Positions 20,569 to 30,382 of a DNA stretch of 64,000 bases are shown one piece after another. How positions within the stretch are numbered: position 1 is the stretch's first letter; each line of letters begins with the position of its first letter. The notes beneath the pieces were generated by a model that had not been told where the DNA came from, did no database searches, and worked only from the letters and a program-made list of their open reading frames with translations. The position numbers and the translations under genes were made by a program. The stretch is from an uncultured archaeon (GTDB lineage Archaea; Asgardarchaeota; Lokiarchaeia; Sigyniarchaeales; SOKP01), in contig CAZGJX010000003.1 in the NCBI GenBank assembly GCA_964525635.1, positions 39,465 through 103,464 on the forward strand, in the 5' to 3' direction.

Positions 20569-21927
20569 CTATCTTATGTAATAATGATAATCACATGTTA
20601 ATTCTTTATTTTCCCCTGGTGCTATTCGAATATTCCATTTTACTAGACTATGTCCCGTTAGTGCCTCTGATCCCTTGAAAGATGCCCAATCATTACTTCT
20701 AAAATCAGATATAGTTATTTTCCCATCATGCGATGCAGTTATAGCATTACCTCCTAGATCACATTTGATTAAAAGATTTACAGATTCTTTCTTATAATTT
20801 ATTATTTTTAGAGTCCCCTTTTTAGATACTTTATTGTAGTCATAATCATCAAAATGGATTGCATTTATTTCTCGTTCTATTTCTTCTTCAGAATATGTAC
20901 CTCTGATATCAACTGCAATTGACAGAGGGATAAGGAGATTCTCCCCAATAGAAGTATAAGTTAATAATTCCTGACATAATGGTAATAAATCTTTTATTAT
21001 TATCGCAGGTCCAGTTGTCCAAGGTACATTAGTATTATTTGATATTTCAATTTGATGCCAAATCTCATTCTTGGTTAATTTAACAGGGGATATATATGAC
21101 TTTGAGGATTTAGATTGAACATTAATACTTGAATGACTTAAATGTAAATCCCAAGTATAGATGTGTTTAAATTCTTGTTTTGTAGAAATTAGAGGAATTA
21201 TTGCTCTTTCTCCTACATTAACCGATATTTTTGAAACTTTGTAGAGAAAAAAATCTTCTGATTTTTCACCACCTAATTCTGAGGGAATTGTAGGAGTAGT
21301 TGAGGTAAAATCTTCTGTACTAGGGGTTCTTTCTTCCATACCACCCATTCTTTGATCCATCATTACATTAGAGAACATTTGTTGTCCTACTAATTGAGGG
21401 GCTGTTTCTCTAAGAGAATTCTTAAGAATTGATTCAAAACTAAGAGGAGAAACCGAATCTTTGAATCTAAAATTGGGTACCCCAACAACTAAATCAATAG
21501 CAACATTTTCAAGATCTTCTGCTTCATTGATAAGTTCTGCTTGCATCCTAAGATTACATTCATTATTCTCATTTATTTTAATATGATATGTAGGAATCCA
21601 ACGGATTCCAGGTCCAAAATAGATTATATTTGCCTCAATTGTCGTTCCTGCTGCTTTAGATTCAAATTGAAGTTCAAAATACTTTTCTTTTTCTTGAAGA
21701 GATTTTCTTGTAAAAATTTGTTGCTTTGCAATAATATTAAGGAGTGTACCATTACTTGGAATTATCCAAAAGGACCCAATAACCATAGATTCAGGGATTT
21801 TATCAATAATTCCTTTACTATTTAGGTCTAAAGTGCCTATAGCTTTTTTAACAAATAAACAGTACCCATCTTTAAAGATAATTACTCTTAATGTCTTCAA
21901 TTCAAATATATTTTTATTATTTTGCAT
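20569..21927 (-). CDS. beta-rich hypothetical protein, DUF4139-like
   Basis: The core ..IIYFGPGIRWIPTYHIKI..LRMQAELINEAEDLENVAIDLVVGVPNF resembles the conserved W.P.Y...N..gedw..v.l.lv pattern of DUF4139. This is recalled from memory and not searched. Confidence 0.45.
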   Translation of the reverse strand: MQNNKNIFELKTLRVIIFKDGYCLFVKKAIGTLDLNSKGIIDKIPESMVIGSFWIIPSNGTLLNIIAKQQIFTRKSLQEKEKYFELQFESKAAGTTIEANIIYFGPGIRWIPTYHIKINENNECNLRMQAELINEAEDLENVAIDLVVGVPNFRFKDSVSPLSFESILKNSLRETAPQLVGQQMFSNVMMDQRMGGMEERTPSTEDFTSTTPTIPSELGGEKSEDFFLYKVSKISVNVGERAIIPLISTKQEFKHIYTWDLHLSHSSINVQSKSSKSYISPVKLTKNEIWHQIEISNNTNVPWTTGPAIIIKDLLPLCQELLTYTSIGENLLIPLSIAVDIRGTYSEEEIEREINAIHFDDYDYNKVSKKGTLKIINYKKESVNLLIKCDLGGNAITASHDGKITISDFRSNDWASFKGSEALTGHSLVKWNIRIAPGENKELTCDYHYYIR

Positions 21928-22130
21928 TATCTTTCCGTCTATTACTTTATGTTATTAAAAATATTTAAGAAATAATATAAACATTTAGTTAATCAACTTT
22001 GATATCTTCAATAAAAATTTCTACGTAATAAAGAAATAGTAGAAAAGTTAAATATATAATATGATCTTTTATTCAAATAAAACGATTAAGAATATATCCC
22101 CATAATTCATTAACTATATAAGTATTTATT

Positions 22131-23285
22131 ATGAATATAAGTGGTTTAGTCAGAAAAGAATTTGGTCGATTAAGAAGTGATAAAAGGACTTTAATTCTAT
22201 TATTTGCAATTCCGCTTGTATTAATAATAATATTTGGATTAACTTCAGGAGGGGGTCCTTCAGAATTCTTTCATGCATCAATTATAACAAGAGATGATAT
22301 GGATTCTTCATATCCGTTTCCCCCGATGAGTTCTGAATATGATGAAGTATTTATATCGATTTTTAATGATAATCTTACCTCCTTTGGCCTTGAAAGTTAT
22401 TATAATGTATCAAATGAAGAAGAATATTCTGAAGCCTATATTAATTGTAAAAATTTACTGAAAAAGGAGATTATTGATATTTTTATAGTATTACCAGAAA
22501 ATTTCTCCGAGACCGTCAGGGATAACTTAGACACGCATTTAATTTACTATATAGATGGATCGGATCTACAAGCAGTGAAAGCAATTAATGTTTCAATGTT
22601 AGAGCCTATAGTCCAATTCAAATTAAGAACAGGAAAGATGGTTAATTTTACTATGTTGTTGCCATATTTAGAATTTGAAGTACCTTTTTGGGAATCACAA
22701 GTATTAAATTATGCTTTTGCATTAACAATTCCTTTAATAATTATAGGAACAACAATGAATCTTTCATGTTTATCAATTGTGTCAGAAGGACCTTTACCAA
22801 GAATGCTTATTACTCCTGCTTCAAAAAGATCTATTATACTAAGTAAATTAGTCGCAAATTCATTAATTATGATACTTCAAGCAGGAGAAATTTTTATTGC
22901 AACTGCTATATTTGGTCTTTATAGTTTAGGTTCATTATTTGATTTATTTTTAGTATTTCTTGCAATTGGATTTAGTGGAGTAACTATAGGTATTTTTATA
23001 TCATCAATAAGTAAAACGGATCAACAAGCAAATCAACTCTATATGGTCTTTTTTATTATTATTTTATTATTTTCAGGACAATTTGTAAGTGTTGGGAATC
23101 TTCCTGCCTATATGCAGGCCATTATCTATTCACTTCCTTTAGGACATGGTATACCGCTTACATTTGATATAACATTAAAAGGATTGCCATTAAATCTTAT
23201 AACTTTTTCCAGTATAATATTTATATCTTTGGTATATATACTCTTGGCTTATATCATTTATTTATTTAAAAGAATAGAGGTTTGA
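22131..23285 (+). CDS. ABC-2 type transporter permease
   Basis: Has an N-terminal TM, a large sequon-rich loop, then five C-terminal TM segments with SKTDQQANQ. Confidence 0.7.
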   Translation: MNISGLVRKEFGRLRSDKRTLILLFAIPLVLIIIFGLTSGGGPSEFFHASIITRDDMDSSYPFPPMSSEYDEVFISIFNDNLTSFGLESYYNVSNEEEYSEAYINCKNLLKKEIIDIFIVLPENFSETVRDNLDTHLIYYIDGSDLQAVKAINVSMLEPIVQFKLRTGKMVNFTMLLPYLEFEVPFWESQVLNYAFALTIPLIIIGTTMNLSCLSIVSEGPLPRMLITPASKRSIILSKLVANSLIMILQAGEIFIATAIFGLYSLGSLFDLFLVFLAIGFSGVTIGIFISSISKTDQQANQLYMVFFIIILLFSGQFVSVGNLPAYMQAIIYSLPLGHGIPLTFDITLKGLPLNLITFSSIIFISLVYILLAYIIYLFKRIEV

Positions 23286-24511
23286 AAATGAATAGTGAAA
23301 ATGAATTAAAAGATAAAAAGAATGATCAAGGAGGATTAATTAGAGTTAAGAGTAGCTTATTTAGGATTTTAAAAATGATTAAAAAAGAATTTAGATTATT
23401 AAAAACTGATCCTTGGAATTTAGTAATTGCTATATTAATACCTCCGCTCATTATTATGTTATTTTCTTTTATGACGGGAGAAGCAGGAGAATCACCACCA
23501 TTACCTGTAGTTATTGTTTCAAATGATTCAAATACTTTTATAAATCCAAATAATTACACAGAATCAACATTGGATAGTTATTCCATACCTTACATAAATG
23601 CTGCGAATAAGTCAGAATTGTTAGATCTTAAGGCCGTCTATAACTCAACAAAATTTCCATATTCTATGGAAATTGCAAGAGAAGAGTTACTTAAAAGCAA
23701 AATTGGTTGTATTATTGTTATTCCTGTAGAATTTACGGAATTGTTAGTCTTAGGATATCCCGGAATAATTGAATGTATCCCAGATTCTTCGAGAATTTCT
23801 AAAGTTCAAGATAGTATTAATGCAGTATATGATTCGATCAAGATTTTTGTTGAAGATAATCATTTAACTCCTCAAATTATTTTAAATGGATTTGAAGAAT
23901 TTTCTGTCCCAGAAGAATATAATTTAAAATTTAGCTCTAATATAATACAATTATTACCTCTCATGGTATTTGGGATAGCAAATGTATTGACGATTCTTGT
24001 TATCGTTAAAGAAAATCCTATTTCTAGACTCTTACTAACTCCTGTTAAAAAAACAGAGATACTCATCTCAAAATATTTTACTTATTCGGTCGTATTATTC
24101 TTTCAAAATTTGGCTATAATTCTTGCTACAGTATTTAGTGGATTATATATAAGAGGATCTACTTTCGATCTTTTTGGAGCATTGTATATAATTGGTTATA
24201 CTGGAATAAGTATGGGTCTTTTTATTAGTTCCATTAGTAAAACAAAAACAGAAGCAAATCAATTATTTTTTGCTTCTTTTATAATAATAATCCTTTTAAG
24301 TGGATTATTTGTCCCATTAGGAAGCATGCCCATATATCTAAGTTTATTCGCTCAATTATTGCCTTTATCTCATGCAAATCCCCTAATTAGAAGTGTATTA
24401 TCAAAAGGGAACTCTATTTTCGGATATCATTTCTATATATTATTATTAGTAAGTTTAGCTTTGAATATTATTACATTTTTAATATTTTATAAAAGGAGGT
24501 ATGAAGTATAA
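23282..24511 (+). CDS. ABC-2 type transporter permease (paralog)
   Basis: Same topology as the upstream permease, with SKTKTEANQ. It overlaps the upstream permease stop. Confidence 0.7.
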   Translation: MKMNSENELKDKKNDQGGLIRVKSSLFRILKMIKKEFRLLKTDPWNLVIAILIPPLIIMLFSFMTGEAGESPPLPVVIVSNDSNTFINPNNYTESTLDSYSIPYINAANKSELLDLKAVYNSTKFPYSMEIAREELLKSKIGCIIVIPVEFTELLVLGYPGIIECIPDSSRISKVQDSINAVYDSIKIFVEDNHLTPQIILNGFEEFSVPEEYNLKFSSNIIQLLPLMVFGIANVLTILVIVKENPISRLLLTPVKKTEILISKYFTYSVVLFFQNLAIILATVFSGLYIRGSTFDLFGALYIIGYTGISMGLFISSISKTKTEANQLFFASFIIIILLSGLFVPLGSMPIYLSLFAQLLPLSHANPLIRSVLSKGNSIFGYHFYILLLVSLALNIITFLIFYKRRYEV

Positions 24512-25512
24512 TTCTGGGAAATTTAAATTCTAAAAATATAATCGTCAATGTAAGAAATCTCAAAGTTAACTTTAAAAAAAAAAAAATTATTCATGACGTA
24601 TCCTTTCAAGTCTACAAAGGAGAAATTATTGGATTATTTGGAATATCTGGGGCAGGTAAGACAACTATAATTAGAGTTCTAACTTGCCAAATAAAGGAAA
24701 AAAATTGGAAAGGGATAGTATCAGTAACTAATTTAAATCCTAAAAGAAAAAAGAATCATTCAAAAATACTGAGTAATATAGGATATGTTCCTCAGTTAGA
24801 ATTACTTAATCTATATTATGATTTATCTCCTTTGGTAAATGTTGAAATATTTGCATCTAATTATGGACTAAAAAAAGAAATTGCATTAAAAGCTGCAAAA
24901 GATTTATTTTCAATTTTAGATATCCCAAAAGATACCTGGAAAAATCCATTAGAAAAACTTAGTGGTGGTGAGAAAAAGAGAGTTTCTATGGCTATTGGTT
25001 TAATTCATAAACCTAGTGTATTATTTCTCGATGAGCCAACGACAGGAGTAGATGCAAACAAACGTTATGATATTTTAAATTATCTAAAGATATTAAATAG
25101 AAAATTGGGAACAACTATGTTTTTAATTACACATGATCTAGAAGCAGCTTTAATATGTGATAAAACAGCAATTTTAAGAGAAGGAAAATTATTAGAATTT
25201 GATGAACCACACAATTTAATATCCTCTCTTCCAAGTGAAGGAAAATTAGCAAGATTTATAATAGAGGACTTAAATGAGGATATAATTAATTTAATACAAG
25301 AATTTCCTTATTGTGAGTTTGTAGTTCGCACGGGAAATGATGTATTAGAAGTATTTATGAATGATTTTGAAAAAAATTTTATGGAATTTATCAATTTTTT
25401 ATTTAACAATAAAGTAAAAATAATTTCAATGAGTAGAGATATAGCAAATTTTAGGAGATATTTTCAAATACGAATTCAAGAAGAAGAAAGAAAAATTTAT
25501 GAAAATTTATGA
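24508..25512 (+). CDS. ABC transporter ATP-binding protein (5' end extended beyond the ORF-track start)
   Basis: Walker A GISGAGKTT (about 24640-24666) lies upstream of the track start at 24832 in the same open frame, which contains no ATG/GTG/TTG. LSGGEKKRVSMA and LFLDEPTTGVD lie downstream. An AAGGAGGT SD at 24493-24500 is followed by an in-frame ATA at 24508. Confidence 0.8.
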   Translation: MILGNLNSKNIIVNVRNLKVNFKKKKIIHDVSFQVYKGEIIGLFGISGAGKTTIIRVLTCQIKEKNWKGIVSVTNLNPKRKKNHSKILSNIGYVPQLELLNLYYDLSPLVNVEIFASNYGLKKEIALKAAKDLFSILDIPKDTWKNPLEKLSGGEKKRVSMAIGLIHKPSVLFLDEPTTGVDANKRYDILNYLKILNRKLGTTMFLITHDLEAALICDKTAILREGKLLEFDEPHNLISSLPSEGKLARFIIEDLNEDIINLIQEFPYCEFVVRTGNDVLEVFMNDFEKNFMEFINFLFNNKVKIISMSRDIANFRRYFQIRIQEEERKIYENL

Positions 25513-25538
25513 TTAATTTTACCGAAAGGTGATAAATA

Positions 25539-28500
25539 ATAGAAAGAAAGAAAAAAAGACGATTAATATATATTATATTAATTATTGGTATATTTACAGG
25601 TGAATTTATACTCCAATGGATTATCAATATACCATTTATAGAATATTTAAGTGAAAGTGAGGTAAAAAAGTATAAAGATAATATGGGTTATTTTGCTTAT
25701 ACTCACCAAAATCCTGACAGTGGGCTTTTTGTTGAACCTTCTATCGCTTATAATTATAGAGCAATAGATTCAATTAATTTTTCTGACTCTACTTTTAAAA
25801 ATTCTAATTTAACTAATCCTATTGATAATTCTTATCTTGATGTAGAAAATAGTCAATTTTTCTTGGATTATTTATTTGAGAAGCAAAATTCAGATGGTTC
25901 TTTTTCGGATATTGGAGGAATTGGAAATATGATTTCAACTTATCAAGTTGTTAAAACTATAGATAAATTAAATAGTTCTTATTTAGATACACCAGATAAA
26001 TTGGAAAGAGTTGATAAAATTATTGATTTTATAAATATTTCTATGGGTGAGAATGGTTGGGGCTTTAAAGCTCATCCAATCGCAAATGTTTCAGATATTA
26101 TTTCAACATATTATGCAATAAAACTAGCTAAACGGTTTAATAATTATTCAATATTACAGAATAGTAACATAAGTGTATTTATAAATTCTACTAGGTATTT
26201 AGCTCAAGGAGGTTATGGCCTCACAAGTTATAGTCCCATAGTAACTCCAGAAACTACCTATTTTGGAATAAAAGCTCATCTAGAAATGGATTATAATTTC
26301 ACTTTAGAGGATTTAGTCTTACTTGAAACATTTTTTTTTTTAAGAAGAGATCTTTTAGGGGGATATAAAGACTCTATGACGGGTATAACCAATGTAATAT
26401 CAACATATTATGCACTTGCTTCACAATATCTTCTAAATATACCACTCTCTGATTCATTTGAAGAAGTTACATTAGATTTTATACTTGATTGTCAATTACC
26501 TGATGGAAGTTTTGAATATTATCTTAATGTAATTTTGGATATCCCACGATTTAAATCTGGTTGGGCTGCCATGAAAGCTATTTCTTTATTAGAATATAAT
26601 GCTACAGCACCTCTTAGCGTAGCTAATAGTGTTAAAAGCAAATATTATAATTGGTTATATAAAAATCAAGCAATGAATGGTTTAGTTGGACAAATATCTC
26701 TCCAAACAAATTATTTTGGGGTATTATCTTTACATAACTACGATATTCAGAATTATACTTATTATATTAAGATGAATGAAATCTTAAAATATGCGGATTC
26801 CTGTTACAATCCTAATGATGGTGGTTTTGGCTCTAAACCAAATTCTAATTCAACTATTTTTTCAACTTATTGTGCGATTTTTTTATATAACTTATTTCTC
26901 CCTTATAATATATCTTATCTTCCTAATGCAACAGCAACGAAATTATATTTTAAAACAATTCAAAATGAGGATGGAGGTTATAAAGTAGGTGAAGATATAG
27001 ATGTTGTTATTTCCTTCTTTGGTTCCGTATATGAGCCAATCTTACATTTAATAAATACAAATATCTCTACAGTTATAAGTACATATTGGGCATTAAGTAG
27101 TCTAAATGATCTAGATGCATTAGATATAATCAATACTACTTCTTTACAACATTGGATTTTTTCATGTCAGAATGCAGATGGAGGATATTCATTATTCATT
27201 GGATTTCATTCAGATGTAATTTCAACATATTATGGATTAGAAATTCTTAGATTCTTTAATCTAGAACCCCTTTCTAAAATAGCTGCGCTAGAATTCCTTA
27301 AAAAAGCACAATCAGAAGATGGAAGTTTCATTCTAATACCATATCTTTCGTTATTATTTGATTTACCCACTTCCTTTATTGGTAATTATTTAGGCTCAAT
27401 TTCCTTATATTATTATAGATCACAACCCCAAAACTTACCTAATCTAGCTAAGTGGTTTAGAAATTGTTTCAGTAATATTACAGGGGGAGTTGGAGATTAT
27501 CCTTTTTTTGGAGGGGATCTTAGAAATACTCCTTATGGATTACTTATAATTGATCGTATTAGATTTGATCAAGCTTTTGATCCGTTACCATGGACTCGAC
27601 TGATTTTTTGGATAATGATTTCAGAAATTATAGTACTATTGTTAATTGTGATGCTTAATATGGTTTCATATGTAAACCTATCTGTAGTTAGAATACTAAA
27701 ATTAAAATTAGGTATAGGAGACAAATTAAATGTTGAATATTTAAAAAGATATCCAGCAATATATTGTGAAAATTTAAATATCTTTGTAGGTAAAAAGCTA
27801 ATTGTTGATGGTGTATCTTTAGAATTAAATCATGGAAAAATATTAGGCGTATTAGGAGAAAGTGGAGCAGGAAAATCGACTTTTATAAAAGCTTTGTTAG
27901 GTATGAGAAAATATAAAGGTAAATGTGAAGTTTATGGGATGGATGCACGGAAAAACAGAAAGAAATTTAGACCTGTTTTTGGATATGTCCCGCAAGACTT
28001 AGGTAAAATTTATTCCAATTTTACTACTCTACAAAATTTAATCTATTTTGGAAGTCAATACGGTCTTTCTGAAAAACAAATAATTAGTAGAGCAAAAAGA
28101 TTATTAAGAAGCTTAGAGATTGAAGATAAAATAAATGAACCTGTAAAAACACTATCAGGAGGTCAAAAAAGAAGAGTTAGTATTGCAATGGCTTTAATTC
28201 ATACACCAATCTTTTGTATATTGGATGAACCTACATCTGGCTTAGATCCTGTAGTTAGAGAAAATCTATGGCTTGCACTTACTAAGATAAATGAAAGATT
28301 TAATACTACTCTTCTGGTTATTTCTCATTATCCAGAGGAATCAAGATTTTGTAATAAAGTCGTAGTATTTGGTAGAAAAAGAGGAATGATAGATTTTGGC
28401 AATCCAAAGGATTTATTAGCTCAATTACCTGGAAAAGGAAGAACTATTGAATTATCTTTTAATGATTTATATGAAAATGGAGTTCAACGTTTAGAATCAA

Positions 28501-28697
28501 TAATAGGAATTGAAAAAGCTCTTGAAAATAAAGTAGGGAAGGATTTTATAATATTAACAGATTTGAATTTAAATGAAACTAAAAATAGAATTGAAATGGA
28601 ATTCGGTAAAAACTCAATATCAGAATTGAAGCAATCTGATGCTAAAATGGAAGAATATTTTAGGTATAAAGCACTAGAAATTCAGGATTTAATTTAA
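25539..28697 (+). CDS. fusion protein: N-terminal signal anchor, prenyltransferase/terpene-cyclase-like alpha/alpha-toroid repeats, TM helix, C-terminal ABC ATPase
   Basis: At least 9 repeats of the Q..DG(G/S)F...(I/V)STYYAL type are present. The TM is WTRLIFWIMISEIIVLLLIVMLNMV. The ATPase has Walker A GESGAGKST, LSGGQKRRVS and ILDEPTSGLD. The first ATG is at 25683, but the open frame upstream encodes KKKRRLIYIILIIGIFTG. Confidence 0.75.
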   Translation: MERKKKRRLIYIILIIGIFTGEFILQWIINIPFIEYLSESEVKKYKDNMGYFAYTHQNPDSGLFVEPSIAYNYRAIDSINFSDSTFKNSNLTNPIDNSYLDVENSQFFLDYLFEKQNSDGSFSDIGGIGNMISTYQVVKTIDKLNSSYLDTPDKLERVDKIIDFINISMGENGWGFKAHPIANVSDIISTYYAIKLAKRFNNYSILQNSNISVFINSTRYLAQGGYGLTSYSPIVTPETTYFGIKAHLEMDYNFTLEDLVLLETFFFLRRDLLGGYKDSMTGITNVISTYYALASQYLLNIPLSDSFEEVTLDFILDCQLPDGSFEYYLNVILDIPRFKSGWAAMKAISLLEYNATAPLSVANSVKSKYYNWLYKNQAMNGLVGQISLQTNYFGVLSLHNYDIQNYTYYIKMNEILKYADSCYNPNDGGFGSKPNSNSTIFSTYCAIFLYNLFLPYNISYLPNATATKLYFKTIQNEDGGYKVGEDIDVVISFFGSVYEPILHLINTNISTVISTYWALSSLNDLDALDIINTTSLQHWIFSCQNADGGYSLFIGFHSDVISTYYGLEILRFFNLEPLSKIAALEFLKKAQSEDGSFILIPYLSLLFDLPTSFIGNYLGSISLYYYRSQPQNLPNLAKWFRNCFSNITGGVGDYPFFGGDLRNTPYGLLIIDRIRFDQAFDPLPWTRLIFWIMISEIIVLLLIVMLNMVSYVNLSVVRILKLKLGIGDKLNVEYLKRYPAIYCENLNIFVGKKLIVDGVSLELNHGKILGVLGESGAGKSTFIKALLGMRKYKGKCEVYGMDARKNRKKFRPVFGYVPQDLGKIYSNFTTLQNLIYFGSQYGLSEKQIISRAKRLLRSLEIEDKINEPVKTLSGGQKRRVSIAMALIHTPIFCILDEPTSGLDPVVRENLWLALTKINERFNTTLLVISHYPEESRFCNKVVVFGRKRGMIDFGNPKDLLAQLPGKGRTIELSFNDLYENGVQRLESIIGIEKALENKVGKDFIILTDLNLNETKNRIEMEFGKNSISELKQSDAKMEEYFRYKALEIQDLI

Positions 28698-28720
28698 AAA
28701 TGATTGATGTAAGAAAATAC

Positions 28721-29440
28721 TTATTTAAATCGCTCAATTAATCCTTTATAAATTAGATAAAAACATATTATTGATGAGAGTGCTGTAATATTCATAATTA
28801 TTCTTAACAATTCGATATTTAGATAATTAATAAGGAATTCTGATAAAAATATTGCTAATAATCCAAAAACTCCCAAATAAAAAATTCGAAAATGTTCTTT
28901 TAATTTTTCATTTTCCATAGCATTGTATATTTCTTTTATAGTTCTCAATAAAGGAATAATCGAAATAAGAAGGACACAAATTATTATAAATAGGAAGAAA
29001 TAAATATTAAGGACTATGTATCCTGACTTAAAGGTTATTTTATCAAGAATAGCTGCAAAAGTCATACCTAATATTAAAGATACTGCATAAATCTTTAGAT
29101 AGTTGTTAATTTGAGACTTTTGAAAAGTTATCGATGATTTAATAATTATTTTATTTACTATATATAAAAATCCAAAAGCATAACAATTAAAAAAAGCAGA
29201 AATAATGTAGAAAATGATTAGTATAATTTCAAATACACCAACTATTAATAAAGTAAAATATACAATCATTGCAATACTCCCTAATGCAATTGCTATAAAA
29301 AACCAGGAAAAATATAAATTTAATTGCTCATCTTTAGATTTTAATATTTTATAGCTAAATAATAAAAAGAAACTAACTAAAGCTAACTGCATACAATATG
29401 TTAGTACTATATCATAAAGAGAGAATATTTCATTAATCAT
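28721..29440 (-). CDS. polytopic membrane protein (about 6-7 hydrophobic segments), unknown function
   Basis: A 239-aa ORF that is almost entirely hydrophobic helices separated by short K/N-rich loops. Confidence 0.5.
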   Translation of the reverse strand: MINEIFSLYDIVLTYCMQLALVSFFLLFSYKILKSKDEQLNLYFSWFFIAIALGSIAMIVYFTLLIVGVFEIILIIFYIISAFFNCYAFGFLYIVNKIIIKSSITFQKSQINNYLKIYAVSLILGMTFAAILDKITFKSGYIVLNIYFFLFIIICVLLISIIPLLRTIKEIYNAMENEKLKEHFRIFYLGVFGLLAIFLSEFLINYLNIELLRIIMNITALSSIICFYLIYKGLIERFK

Positions 29441-29644
29441 ATGTTATTTTGAAAAGATTTTGAATTTTTTTTATGAATATTTTAATTATTATATAAACTT
29501 AGATATAAAAGTTATATTTCTATTTTTGGGAAAAAATTATTTTTTATTTTGTAATCCTAAACTATCACAATAACTCATTCTTTTAATTTATTTTAATATA
29601 TTAGGATTAATAATTTTATAATTTTCTTTTTGTACCAAAGAGAT

Positions 29645-30103
29645 TTATTTAGAGAAAAGCAATGATATTTTATCCTCTATATTATTCTTAGATATTCCAA
29701 GAATATTATCAATAATATTTTTGAATTGGATAAATTGTGTGGAATATGAAAAATCATGACCATGATAATTTACTTTAAATTTATGTAAAATGTTTTCTAA
29801 TAGAGGATTAATTTTTCTTTTTACATTTTTATCGAATTTTTCATTCTTATCTAATATAAGATAGGCAAAGATATCTGTTATCTCTGAATTAATAGTATTA
29901 ATTTTTTCCTTTTTAAAAATAAAATTATATTTAGTACTTTCAAAAGACTCTATTGGCGAAATAAGGGTTTCAGCAAAATTTAATAAACAAGAAAGTAATG
30001 CACATTTATGAATTAAATCCTCATCCTTTTCACTAGGATTAATATAATTAGCACTTATTATAGGAATACCCCCGATAATAATACCTGCTTCATAAATTTG
30101 CAT
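29645..30103 (-). CDS. small soluble protein with a longin/roadblock-like N-terminal pattern
   Basis: MQIYEAGIIIGGIPIISANY..DEDLIHKCALLSCLLNFAETL..YNFIFKK..IFAYLILD follows the same beta-beta-alpha-beta-beta order as the C-termini of the TPR proteins. Confidence 0.45.
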   Translation of the reverse strand: MQIYEAGIIIGGIPIISANYINPSEKDEDLIHKCALLSCLLNFAETLISPIESFESTKYNFIFKKEKINTINSEITDIFAYLILDKNEKFDKNVKRKINPLLENILHKFKVNYHGHDFSYSTQFIQFKNIIDNILGISKNNIEDKISLLFSK

Positions 30104-30382
30104 TTTTATTATATATTTCTTTAATTTAAATATATATTTATAAAAATTTTAACCCGATATAATAGTAAATTCCTCTATATTTATATTTTTTTTAGGAAAA
30201 AAAAAATATTAAATTATCTTTTTATGGTACTTGATATTATTAAATTGGGAAATAACCATTTATTCCAGTAATTCATATGAATTAACATTAAAGTTAATAA
30301 ATCTAAAAATATATCAAATTCATAAGCATTTATAAGGATAATTTATTCTTAAGGTATTTATAAAATAACGGTTTTGTGAAGA

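Noticed and set aside
24574-24586. 13-A homopolymer inside the ABC ATPase gene as a frameshift site
   Set aside because: Counting codons through the run keeps the Walker A frame open (F K K K K I I H D). There is no frameshift here. The real anomaly is the missing canonical start.
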